This document shows, piece by piece, positions 8,692-17,270 of a stretch of 64,000 nt of DNA. This DNA is from Planctomycetia bacterium. Its GTDB lineage: Bacteria > Planctomycetota > Planctomycetia > Pirellulales > Thermoguttaceae. Positions within the stretch are counted from its first letter, which is position 1. Each line of letters opens with the position of its first letter. The DNA is taken from the NCBI GenBank assembly GCA_030535245.1, contig JAUNBJ010000002.1, positions 2,418 through 66,417 on the forward strand, written 5' to 3'. The notes beneath the pieces are model-generated. The model searched no databases. It had not been told where the DNA came from and saw only the letters and a program-made list of their open reading frames with translations. The position numbers were made by a program, and so were the translations under genes.

Positions 8692-9395
8692 GCGTTGCCT
8701 CCTTCCAAAGTAAGGTATTTTTTCTGCTCGTCGGAAACAAACGCCAACGCGACCCATTCCTTCAATCGTTTATCCTGCAAACGGGTGAAATCCTGAAGCT
8801 CCGGGTTTTTCGCCAACGCAAACGCCGCGCGAACCTGGTTGATCTCCTCGTTCGACAGGCCGAACAACTCGGAATCGGTGTCGGTAAAAATCGTGGTTCC
8901 CGCATCGGTATAAACGTAAACCGAATCCTGCGGAACATGCGTGTCCACCACACGATCGCTGGCCACCCCGCGACGACCGATCATCTCGTGACGGTCAAGG
9001 ATCGGACGAACGGAACCCTTTTTCAACGTCGTTCCCGCCTCCACCGAACAGACCACACCGTTGGCCAGACGCACCAGCAGATTGGCGAATCGCGCCCCGC
9101 CTGCCGCCGTCGTTATCGCAGCATACAATCCCGCAATTTCGCTCCCCACCAGAAACTCGCACAAATCCAGTTCCCGATATAAAATCTCCTCCAACGTCGC
9201 AAATTCCGGCGTGGTATTGCAGCTGAACCGGCACATCACGACGTTCTCCACCGTCGGTTCCGTCACCAGGTTTTTCAACTCCACAAACCGCCGCTCCTGT
9301 CGCCAGGGTAAAAGCGGCATCTTCTCCGGCTCCCAGTCCGCCGGTATCGTCACGGCATATTTTTCGCCCAGTTTCCGTAAATAATCTTTCAGCAT
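8688..9395 (-). CDS. Hypothetical protein, possibly a Rossmann-less Gfo/Idh/MocA C-terminal-domain-like partner
   Basis: 235-aa ORF translationally coupled to the downstream oxidoreductase by an ATGA overlap. No nucleotide-binding motif seen. Confidence 0.5.
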   Translation of the reverse strand: MLKDYLRKLGEKYAVTIPADWEPEKMPLLPWRQERRFVELKNLVTEPTVENVVMCRFSCNTTPEFATLEEILYRELDLCEFLVGSEIAGLYAAITTAAGGARFANLLVRLANGVVCSVEAGTTLKKGSVRPILDRHEMIGRRGVASDRVVDTHVPQDSVYVYTDAGTTIFTDTDSELFGLSNEEINQVRAAFALAKNPELQDFTRLQDKRLKEWVALAFVSDEQKKYLTLEGGNA

Positions 9396-9409
9396 TTTGC
9401 GTCCTTTTC

Positions 9410-10162
9410 TTAAAGTGCCTTCACTCGTGGAGAATATTTCGCCACATATTTCGCGTTAAATTCGTCGCCGCCCGGAGCGTTCGCGCTGCGCCACACCGGT
9501 GGCTCAATCCCACGCGCCACGCACTGCTTCACACACTCAATTTCCAGCCGGTGCGCAATGTAAAAATCGACCAGGTTCGAGTTCGGCGCAATCGGCGTCT
9601 CAAACCCCGGAACCGACACCGCACAGTCGCCCACCGGATTGTAATCGTCAATGCACACATCTGCCAAATCGAACAGGTTCTTGCCGCTCGGATGACGAAT
9701 AAAATGCTCCGGCGGCATCTCCTGCTGCCAGTGCGAGGAGCTGACCGCAACGATCTTCACCCCCGCCTTTTTCGCTTCCAACGCCGCGTCGATTGTCGCC
9801 GCATTGATCCCGATGTTGTGGAAAATAATCAGCAGCTCGTCTTTTTGCAGCTTGTAATACCGCATGATGTGCGCTCCGTAATTGACGCACCGTTCCAGCT
9901 CCAGATACTTGAGCGCCTGATTGAAAACGCTCAGCCCCGTCTCCATGATCGGGTTGATGTTCGCCAAACCGCCCGCACGGAAAAACATCTCGCCCATGAC
10001 CAGCGTCGTGTGCCCGCCGCCGCCATACACGTGAATCAGTTGATCCGCCGCCACCGCGTCGGCCATCATGCCTCCCGCCTTCTCGATGTTCGCCTGCTGC
10101 TCCGTTTCAATCCGTCGGTACACTTCCAACGTCTTTTCCAAATACCCAAAATCGTTTGCCAT
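9410..10162 (-). CDS. SIS (sugar isomerase) domain protein
   Basis: Start MANDFGY at 10160-10162 is preceded by GGGAGAGG; the ORF-track N-terminal extension is rejected. SIS-like LIHVYGGGGHTT and LLIIFHNIGINAATIDAALEAKKAGVKIVAVSS. Confidence 0.7.
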   Translation of the reverse strand: MANDFGYLEKTLEVYRRIETEQQANIEKAGGMMADAVAADQLIHVYGGGGHTTLVMGEMFFRAGGLANINPIMETGLSVFNQALKYLELERCVNYGAHIMRYYKLQKDELLIIFHNIGINAATIDAALEAKKAGVKIVAVSSSHWQQEMPPEHFIRHPSGKNLFDLADVCIDDYNPVGDCAVSVPGFETPIAPNSNLVDFYIAHRLEIECVKQCVARGIEPPVWRSANAPGGDEFNAKYVAKYSPRVKAL

Positions 10163-10173
10163 GATCCTCTCCC

Positions 10174-11208
10174 TTATTTCGTTTCCAAAACCTCGCCGTA
10201 AGCCCGCCCCACAGCATCCCAAAGCTCCAACGCGTGCGGCGCCGCCAACACCGTACCATACCCGCCGCGATACGTCCACGCAAACAGGCTCTCCGTTCCC
10301 ATGTCATGGTACAACTTCGCGATCTCCGTCACTTCGTCAAGATTTTCCGGTTCCTGATAATACCCCATCAACCACCGCTGCGGCGTTTTCCCATATTTTC
10401 TGGCCGCGTTGACCGTACGCTCCGTGATGGAACGGAAAAAACTCCGTGGCAGCGAATACGACAGGATCGTCGTCGAGAACGTGTCGCACGTCGCATTGGA
10501 CGCCACGCGATCCCAATTGTCGTAACCCCGATTCTCCGTGACGTAATACGTCCCCAGCGTCGCGTGAACGCACCACGTGATTTTGGACGACGGACGGATC
10601 GCCCGAATCTTCCTGCCTGCGGTCTCCAGAATCTCAATCGCGTTGTCGTGTCGAAACCGCTTGACTTCCATCGTCAGCTGCTTCGGCATTTCGTAACCGT
10701 ACTGCTGGCGGAATTTCTCCTGGCAGACCGAGCACCGACATGCCCAGTCGTCCCCCGCGCCGCCGGTAATCGACGCGTACGACTTCGGCAGTGCGTAGTG
10801 CGGCTCGTCCCAGAAAAACCCGTCCGCTTCCACGTACGTCGCCAGCTTTTCGCAAATATCCCAAAAATAACGCCGGAACGCATACGTGTTGAAGCAGGCC
10901 GCCGGCAGCGACTCCCCCGTAAGCGCCGATACCTGTCGGTTGCCGGGGTTGTTCGTAAGGAAAAGGCTGGTCGGTTCGCCGCCAAACCACTTGGCAATCC
11001 CCCACGTGTCGAGATAAACCTTCATCCCCATATCCTTCGCCAGCTTCGCCACACGCACGATGTTGGGGAACCAGAAATCAATATCGAACTCCGAAAGCGC
11101 CAGAATCACCGACGTGCAGTGATGGTCTTTCATTTCCTGAAAATCTGCTCTGGCGTGCTCCACGTAACTCAATCCGTAGTAGCTGACGCCCGTTTCGGTA
11201 ATGGCCAT
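10174..11208 (-). CDS. Hypothetical protein, possibly a TIM-barrel carbohydrate-active enzyme
   Basis: Start MAITETG at 11206-11208 with an AAGGAAAAGGA RBS. Alternating beta/alpha-like pattern. No signal peptide. Located in the sugar operon. Confidence 0.5.
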   Translation of the reverse strand: MAITETGVSYYGLSYVEHARADFQEMKDHHCTSVILALSEFDIDFWFPNIVRVAKLAKDMGMKVYLDTWGIAKWFGGEPTSLFLTNNPGNRQVSALTGESLPAACFNTYAFRRYFWDICEKLATYVEADGFFWDEPHYALPKSYASITGGAGDDWACRCSVCQEKFRQQYGYEMPKQLTMEVKRFRHDNAIEILETAGRKIRAIRPSSKITWCVHATLGTYYVTENRGYDNWDRVASNATCDTFSTTILSYSLPRSFFRSITERTVNAARKYGKTPQRWLMGYYQEPENLDEVTEIAKLYHDMGTESLFAWTYRGGYGTVLAAPHALELWDAVGRAYGEVLETK

Positions 11209-11224
11209 TGTCCTTTTCCTTTCC

Positions 11225-13744
11225 TTACTTTTCCAGCAAATAACACGGCCCCACAAACACCCATGAGGTGTGGTCGGAAACCGCTTTCAATTCATTCACA
11301 TACACACAAACCGTCAAAACACGGCTTTCCCGAACGAACGGGGAAACGTCCAGCGTCACCCAGTCCGGAGCGTTCACGGCGGCAATGTCCCGCTTGAAAA
11401 CGCTTTGGCCGTTCACCGTGATTTCGATTTCCCGATACCCCCGCGACGCGTTGTCAATCCGCGTGTCGGCCAGAAACAGTCGCAGTGCCCCGGCATTTTC
11501 CGGAACCTCCATTCGCAGCGACACGCTTGCCATATCGCCCGGCATCGTCGGCGTTCGTCGGGGAAGCATGATCCCCACCGCACGTTTTCCATCCCGGACG
11601 TATTTCCCCACAAGCGACCTTCCCACCACCCGATGGGAATCGATCGACCAGTCGTTTTCGTCGAACGTTTGCAGAACCTTTCCCTGGGGCACGTCGCCCG
11701 CATGGTCAAAAATCGCCGTCAGCGTCCCCTCCAGCGGCGACTTTAGAAACGGCAGTATCTCCGAAACGGGAAGCTGAACCTGCTTTTGCCATTGCAGTTC
11801 CATTTCCTTCGCGTCCATCTCCCGCAGCGTTGCTATCGCATTGGCCCGTTCCAGCCGCGTTTGCCACAGCTTCAGCACCGGCTCGATGTCCTTCAACTCC
11901 GCCAGCTCCCGCCGCAAAACGTCCAGCATGGGAGACACCTCCCGGCGGACTTCTTCCAGAAACGCATTGGCCGCCGCGTCCCCCTTTTCTGCCGCCAAAA
12001 CGATCGCTCGTTTCTCAAATGCGTGAAAACGATACTCCGGATATTCCAGCGTCGCCTGCAAACGGGCAAAACGAAGGCTCGTCAACATCGGTTCCACGTA
12101 ATAATCGTAAAGCCGCGTCTTGTCCAACGCCGTTTCGTTCGGAGCCTTTTCCGCCAGCTCGGCCGCCATTTTGTCCAGACGGTCCAAAAGCGCAAACGCC
12201 TTCTCCCGGTCGGCGACGTTACGCAGCTGCACCAGCCGCCCATCCTCCGCACGAAACCCCCACAACGTCGGCAGATAATACAACGATTTCAACTCCACAA
12301 ACGTGGCGTCAAACTCCCGAATAAGCGGCACCTGCGACGGCCCCCAGACGTAATCGTAAAGCGAATCCCGAAGCTGCTCCCAGTCGCACGCCTCCGGATT
12401 CCACGCCCACTGTCCGAACATGCAGACCGCATACTCCGCCGGCCACCCCCCACAAAGCGCCCAGAGCAGCACATGATCCGTATTTTCCCCGGCATCGCGG
12501 ATTTTGTCGAATTTCGGCAGCCCCCAGCCCGGCGTAATCGGAAGCAGGTTCATGTAACTCGGCTTGTTATTTTTTCGCTGCGTTGTGAGGATCGCGGAAC
12601 TGTGAAGGAATCCCGCTTTCGGGTCAACCCCCGGCACCTCGCAGTAATTGTACCACCAGCCCGGAAGATTTTTCAGCCCCATTTCCCGGCAATATTCCCG
12701 GTCGGCCTGGCACGGAACGCGTGTGAAGAACCAGGTCGCCTCGTTGAAATGTGCAAGCTTCGCCATCGCATGGTTGAGCGGTTTGTCGAGGGTCGTGTAT
12801 TCCGCACCGCCCGGCGTAAACGCGACCTGGTGGCCGGAAAGCTGGTTTTTCTCCATGTACTTCCCCATCGCTTCGGCAAGCGCCACGGGATTCCCCCCGC
12901 CGCCGGTGTCGTCCATGGAAAGCCACACGCCGTCGCACCCGACACGCCGCAACGCGTCGAACGTCTGGAACAGCCCGGCATATTCCCCCTCCGGCAAATT
13001 GCACGAAACCACACCATACACGAACATCCCACGACGGTGCGCCTCCGCAAGCAACCGGGTCGCAAGTGCCTGGTCGATCGGTTTTCCCGGCGGGCAGCCC
13101 ATCGACGATTTTCGCGCGTCCATCGTCACGGTTGCCGGCTGGTCGGGATTGTCCCGGAAATCGCAAAAATTGATCCGCCCATGAATGTACGCATCCAACT
13201 GCCCCGGAAGAAGCTGCTGCGGCATGACCGAATGCGGTCGCCCACGCCACGGAATCGTCGGCCAGTCGCGAACCTCCGCCATCGTGATTTGCGGCACGCC
13301 GTTTTCCCGCCGAATCAGATTGAAAAACGCCTCACCACCGTAAATCAACCCCGATGGATCGTCGCCGGTAAGGATAAAATCCGTGTACTTCCCCTGCATT
13401 TCGCACGTAATCGAAAATCCGTTGAACTTTTTATCCGCCCGATTTTCGTCCAATCGGAAATAAAAACGCTGCGTCCTGTCCGGTATCGCCACCTGTTCCG
13501 AAAGGATGGGAATCTTTTGCTGGAACCGATTCAGAAGGTGTGCTTGCAACCGTTCGGCAGCGTACCGCTCCTGCTCGCTTGCGTTTGTTGCGACGACGAT
13601 TGCCGCGTTTTCCGAAGTCCCCAGCGGCACGGTTTTCCCCATATCCTGATATTCTTTCGGAACAGGCACGATGGGGCACGCCGCAAAAAGGGTGTCCGTC
13701 AGCATCGCCAGAAGAAGCACCGCCAGGGGGGTGAAGAAACGCAT
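11225..13744 (-). CDS. Secreted putative glycoside hydrolase, family not assigned
   Basis: Start MRFFTPLAVLLLAML at 13742-13744 with an AAGGAAA RBS. Signal peptide, then IVPVPKEY and DWPTIPWRGRP, reminiscent of the N-terminal domains of hexosaminidase-type enzymes. Confidence 0.5.
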   Translation of the reverse strand: MRFFTPLAVLLLAMLTDTLFAACPIVPVPKEYQDMGKTVPLGTSENAAIVVATNASEQERYAAERLQAHLLNRFQQKIPILSEQVAIPDRTQRFYFRLDENRADKKFNGFSITCEMQGKYTDFILTGDDPSGLIYGGEAFFNLIRRENGVPQITMAEVRDWPTIPWRGRPHSVMPQQLLPGQLDAYIHGRINFCDFRDNPDQPATVTMDARKSSMGCPPGKPIDQALATRLLAEAHRRGMFVYGVVSCNLPEGEYAGLFQTFDALRRVGCDGVWLSMDDTGGGGNPVALAEAMGKYMEKNQLSGHQVAFTPGGAEYTTLDKPLNHAMAKLAHFNEATWFFTRVPCQADREYCREMGLKNLPGWWYNYCEVPGVDPKAGFLHSSAILTTQRKNNKPSYMNLLPITPGWGLPKFDKIRDAGENTDHVLLWALCGGWPAEYAVCMFGQWAWNPEACDWEQLRDSLYDYVWGPSQVPLIREFDATFVELKSLYYLPTLWGFRAEDGRLVQLRNVADREKAFALLDRLDKMAAELAEKAPNETALDKTRLYDYYVEPMLTSLRFARLQATLEYPEYRFHAFEKRAIVLAAEKGDAAANAFLEEVRREVSPMLDVLRRELAELKDIEPVLKLWQTRLERANAIATLREMDAKEMELQWQKQVQLPVSEILPFLKSPLEGTLTAIFDHAGDVPQGKVLQTFDENDWSIDSHRVVGRSLVGKYVRDGKRAVGIMLPRRTPTMPGDMASVSLRMEVPENAGALRLFLADTRIDNASRGYREIEITVNGQSVFKRDIAAVNAPDWVTLDVSPFVRESRVLTVCVYVNELKAVSDHTSWVFVGPCYLLEK

Positions 13745-13885
13745 GGTTTTTCCTTTCTCAAATCGCATGGAACACACCTCATCAACGGCTCTATTATAAA
13801 GGAATCGTTCGGTTTTTTCAACAAGAACCCCCCGCTTTTCCCCCGCTTTTTTATAAAGAATCGAAGCACAAGTTAAGGAATCGAA

Positions 13886-15061
13886 TCACTTTGTTTGCGA
13901 CCGAAACTGCGAAGGAGAAACGCCAATACGCTGCTTGAAAAGGTTGTTCAGGTGCTCCAGGTGACGAAAACCGCTAACGTGGGCGATCTTTTTGATCGGC
14001 ATGTCCGTTCCCGAAAGAAGCTCCATCACGTGCCGCATACGCCAATCCAGGATCGTGTCGTACACCGAGCGTTTGAGAACCTTACGGAATCGACGCTCCA
14101 ACGTGCTTTTGCTGATTTCGAGGTGCCGCACCAGGTCGTCGAGCCGAATATCCCGCGTCACATTCTCCCGAATCCAGCCCAACGCGTCCCGGACAAGCGG
14201 GTCTTGAATGGCAGTGACATCGGTAGAGTGACGCACCGTAATTCCAAGCGGTTCGATTTTTTCCGGGAAATGCGGCGTCGTGTCCCCGTGCATGCGTCGA
14301 TCCAGCAGCTCGGCGGCCTTGAATCCGAGTAATTCCTCGTTGTAACGCAAACTGGAAAGCGTCGGGGAAGTCAGGCGGCAAAGCGTCGCGTCGTCGCCAA
14401 GCCCCAGAACCGCCGCCTGGTCGGGAACCTTGCGACCGATTTTGTGGCAGGCGGAAAGGAGCTGGATTCCAAGATAATCGTCGGCCGCCACAATCCCCAC
14501 CGGAGCGGGAAGCGTCCGAAGCCATTCCGCCGTCACGTCGATTTCCCGTTCCATGGCGACTTCACGATACGAATCGGTGAATTGGAGCGTGTTGTGAAAC
14601 GTGTCGCACTCGAAACCATGTTCCTTCAGCGTTTGCGAAAAACCCTCGAAAATCAGCTCCGACCAGCGGGTGTCCCGGAACCCGGCAAACGCGAAATTCC
14701 GAAATTGCCGTTCCATCAAATGCGCCGCCGCCATCTGCCCGATGGAAAACCGATTGACTGAAAAGTCCGGCGGATTCACCGCGTCGGAAACGATCCCCTT
14801 CAGATTCACCAGCGGAATCCCTTTTTGTTTTACCTGATTCAGGGCATGGTCGTCCATGATTCGGGCGATGATGCCGTCCCCCTGCCAGTCGGTCAGCCAC
14901 TGAGGGGCCGGGTCGTGCAGGGAGCGTGGTTCGATAAAAATTTCCCACGGCTCGTTTTCCTGGAGGTAACGTGCAATTCCATCCAAAATCCGACGGCCAT
15001 ACTCCCGTTTCGACTCGATAATCAGGGCGACTCGCGGGATACGACGGTGCTGTAAGGGCAT
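13886..15061 (-). CDS. XylR-like AraC family transcriptional regulator (periplasmic-binding-protein-like sensor plus HTH)
   Basis: Start MPLQHRRIPRVALIIES at 15059-15061 with a GGAAGGAG RBS. LacI/PBP-like N-terminal part. C-terminal AraC HTH (IKKIAHVSGFRHLEHLNNLFKQRIGVSPSQFR). Confidence 0.8.
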   Translation of the reverse strand: MPLQHRRIPRVALIIESKREYGRRILDGIARYLQENEPWEIFIEPRSLHDPAPQWLTDWQGDGIIARIMDDHALNQVKQKGIPLVNLKGIVSDAVNPPDFSVNRFSIGQMAAAHLMERQFRNFAFAGFRDTRWSELIFEGFSQTLKEHGFECDTFHNTLQFTDSYREVAMEREIDVTAEWLRTLPAPVGIVAADDYLGIQLLSACHKIGRKVPDQAAVLGLGDDATLCRLTSPTLSSLRYNEELLGFKAAELLDRRMHGDTTPHFPEKIEPLGITVRHSTDVTAIQDPLVRDALGWIRENVTRDIRLDDLVRHLEISKSTLERRFRKVLKRSVYDTILDWRMRHVMELLSGTDMPIKKIAHVSGFRHLEHLNNLFKQRIGVSPSQFRSQTK

Positions 15062-15188
15062 GGAAAACTCCTTCCTGGGAATCTGTAGGGCCATTTGGCC
15101 ATTATAGTCCAAATTGGGAAAAAATCACCCCCCAACCCCGATAGGCCCCCGCACGACGTACGCTACCCAGCTTGCCACACGGTTGGGG

Positions 15189-17270
15189 TTAAGGATGGGA
15201 CGGGAGGCAGTCCGCAACGAATTTCTCGTAGTTTTTCCTGAAAAACGCGGAGGGGTATCCCGCCACGCCGTTTTCGGAAAGGAGCGGGGGTTCGCCGAGC
15301 TTTTGGCGATCGCAGTCCTCCATCACAGCGACAGGGTAGAAGGTCATCGCGGCGTCGATACTGGGGCTGCCTATTTTACCCGTTTCGTAAAAATAGCCGA
15401 GCATATAACAACTTTCCGGGTAATTTTTAGAGTCGAAAAAATACTTGTAGGCGGCACTCAGGTCGGGCAATGGACGTTCCATCGCCATTTTGCCAAGCTC
15501 GAACTTCGCGGCGTCATTGTTCGATTTTTTGAAAAAACGGCGTGCCGACGAGGGATTTTTCGGGAAACACTCCCCCGTCAGGCATGCTTTGCCCAAATAA
15601 TAAACGCATTCGGCCACCAATTCGGACGACCCGTCCGATTCCGAACCTTTCTGGAACCAGGAAATCGCCTTTTCCTCATCGCGTGGGGTGAAACGCCCTT
15701 CCCAATAATATTTCCCCATCGCCAACATGGCTTCGGGAATCTCCTGCTCCGCGGCCGCCTGCATGATCGCGACCAAAGCGTCTGCCGGGACGGGAATCGC
15801 CACATTCTGCCGCCAGCATTGCCACCGGAGATGAACCGCATTCCAGTTCCCCTTTTCCGACGCTTCCTCCAGGAGATCCATCGCCTTGCGGTATTTTTTT
15901 AATCGAAAATTTTCGTCGCCACGATTCCCCTCCCGGAAACATTGCTCCGCCTGCTGAACCATCGCCTCCAGGTGGGAATCGCGAGAGATTTTCCAATCCG
16001 AACGTGCGGACGGTTCCGGTACTTTGGGCGTTTCCAGAGGGGCTTCCGGCGGGGGAGTCGGCGTTTTTGCGGCAGGTTCCGCCTTTTCTTCCGGACGTTT
16101 GCTTTCGGGAAGAACCACGGCCTGCGGTTCCGATGGAGGAATTTTTTTCGACGTGTCGGGGGGAGCGTCTTTAAGCCAAAAGAACCCGGAAATCGCCGCA
16201 CCGAAAAGCAACGTCCCTCCCACAAAAATCGGCCATCGCGGGGATTCCGCCCGTTCCAGAATCGAAATCACTTCCGCCATATCTCGCGGACGACGGGAGG
16301 GGGAATATTCCGTCATGCGGCAAAGCAATTTTTGCAGGGTGGGCGTAATCCGGACGTTCGCCGCCCGCACGTCGGGAAAGGAAAGATTTTCTCGCAGGCA
16401 ATCCGACGCTGTTTTCCCCGTCAGCAGGTAAAACAGCACGCACCCCAGCGAATAAATGTCGGCCCGTCCGTCCACCACCGCGTTGGGAATCGTCTGTTCG
16501 GGCGGAAGAAAGTCGGGCGTTCCGGCCAACACATGCGTTTCCCCGGCATCCAATTCCTCCATGGAATGGGCCAGCCCGAAATCCAAAACCTTGATCGTGC
16601 CGTCGTCCGTACGCCAGAGGTTCGACGGCTTCACGTCGCAGTGTACGAACCCCTGTTCGTGTGCAAATCGCAGCGCTCTGGCCACGGAAAGCAGGATTTC
16701 CCGTGCCTCTTTCGGACGCAGTTTCCCACCAGATAAACGTGTGTACGCGCCAAGCGTCTGCCCCAAAAGCAGTTCCATCACCAGATACGGCGTGCCGTCG
16801 AACGACCCGGCATCGGTGGCTGTCACGATGTTCGGATGCACGAGCTTTCCCGCCGCCAGAATCTCTTTCTGAAACCGCTCCACGGCACGCAGATTCTCAA
16901 GACGCTTCTGCCGGATAAGTTTCACCGCCACACGCCGTTTCAGCACCCTATGTTCGGCCAGATACAAATCCCCCATCCCGCCGCGTCCCAACGGTTCCAG
17001 CAGTCGATACGCCCCCATCTCCATCGGCAACGGAAGCGGAACGTCGCGATCCAGAAAAGCGTCGAGTTTTTCGTTCGCCCGACGCAATTCCGAAGGGGAC
17101 GTCCCCGTCGAAAAAAACATGCCGCCAAACACCCCGCCACGCTCCCATTCCTCCACCTTTTTCCGACACGCGGCACACACCGACAGGTGGGATTCCACCT
17201 CGGCATGTTCCGCGTCGGAAATCTCGCAGCGAACGAAAGCGATCAAACGGATTTCATCGGGACACATCAT
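15189..17270 (-). CDS. Ser/Thr protein kinase with N-terminal Cys/His zinc-finger-like motif, TM segment and C-terminal Sel1-like repeats
   Basis: Hanks motifs GRGGMGDLY, VAVKLI, HCDVKPSNL, DFGLA, GTPDFLPPE. N-terminal HLSVCAACRKK. TM segment WPIFVGGTLLFGAAISGFFWL. Sel1-like AMLAMGKYYWEG. Confidence 0.85.
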   Translation of the reverse strand: MMCPDEIRLIAFVRCEISDAEHAEVESHLSVCAACRKKVEEWERGGVFGGMFFSTGTSPSELRRANEKLDAFLDRDVPLPLPMEMGAYRLLEPLGRGGMGDLYLAEHRVLKRRVAVKLIRQKRLENLRAVERFQKEILAAGKLVHPNIVTATDAGSFDGTPYLVMELLLGQTLGAYTRLSGGKLRPKEAREILLSVARALRFAHEQGFVHCDVKPSNLWRTDDGTIKVLDFGLAHSMEELDAGETHVLAGTPDFLPPEQTIPNAVVDGRADIYSLGCVLFYLLTGKTASDCLRENLSFPDVRAANVRITPTLQKLLCRMTEYSPSRRPRDMAEVISILERAESPRWPIFVGGTLLFGAAISGFFWLKDAPPDTSKKIPPSEPQAVVLPESKRPEEKAEPAAKTPTPPPEAPLETPKVPEPSARSDWKISRDSHLEAMVQQAEQCFREGNRGDENFRLKKYRKAMDLLEEASEKGNWNAVHLRWQCWRQNVAIPVPADALVAIMQAAAEQEIPEAMLAMGKYYWEGRFTPRDEEKAISWFQKGSESDGSSELVAECVYYLGKACLTGECFPKNPSSARRFFKKSNNDAAKFELGKMAMERPLPDLSAAYKYFFDSKNYPESCYMLGYFYETGKIGSPSIDAAMTFYPVAVMEDCDRQKLGEPPLLSENGVAGYPSAFFRKNYEKFVADCLPSHP

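Noticed and set aside
11225-13744. Assignment of the 839-aa secreted protein to GH84 or GH20 hexosaminidases.
   Set aside because: Only the N-terminal IVPVPKEY and WPTIPWRGRP segments are reminiscent. I could not find the catalytic DD/DE motifs or the RGVIEGFYG-type segment, so the family is left unassigned.
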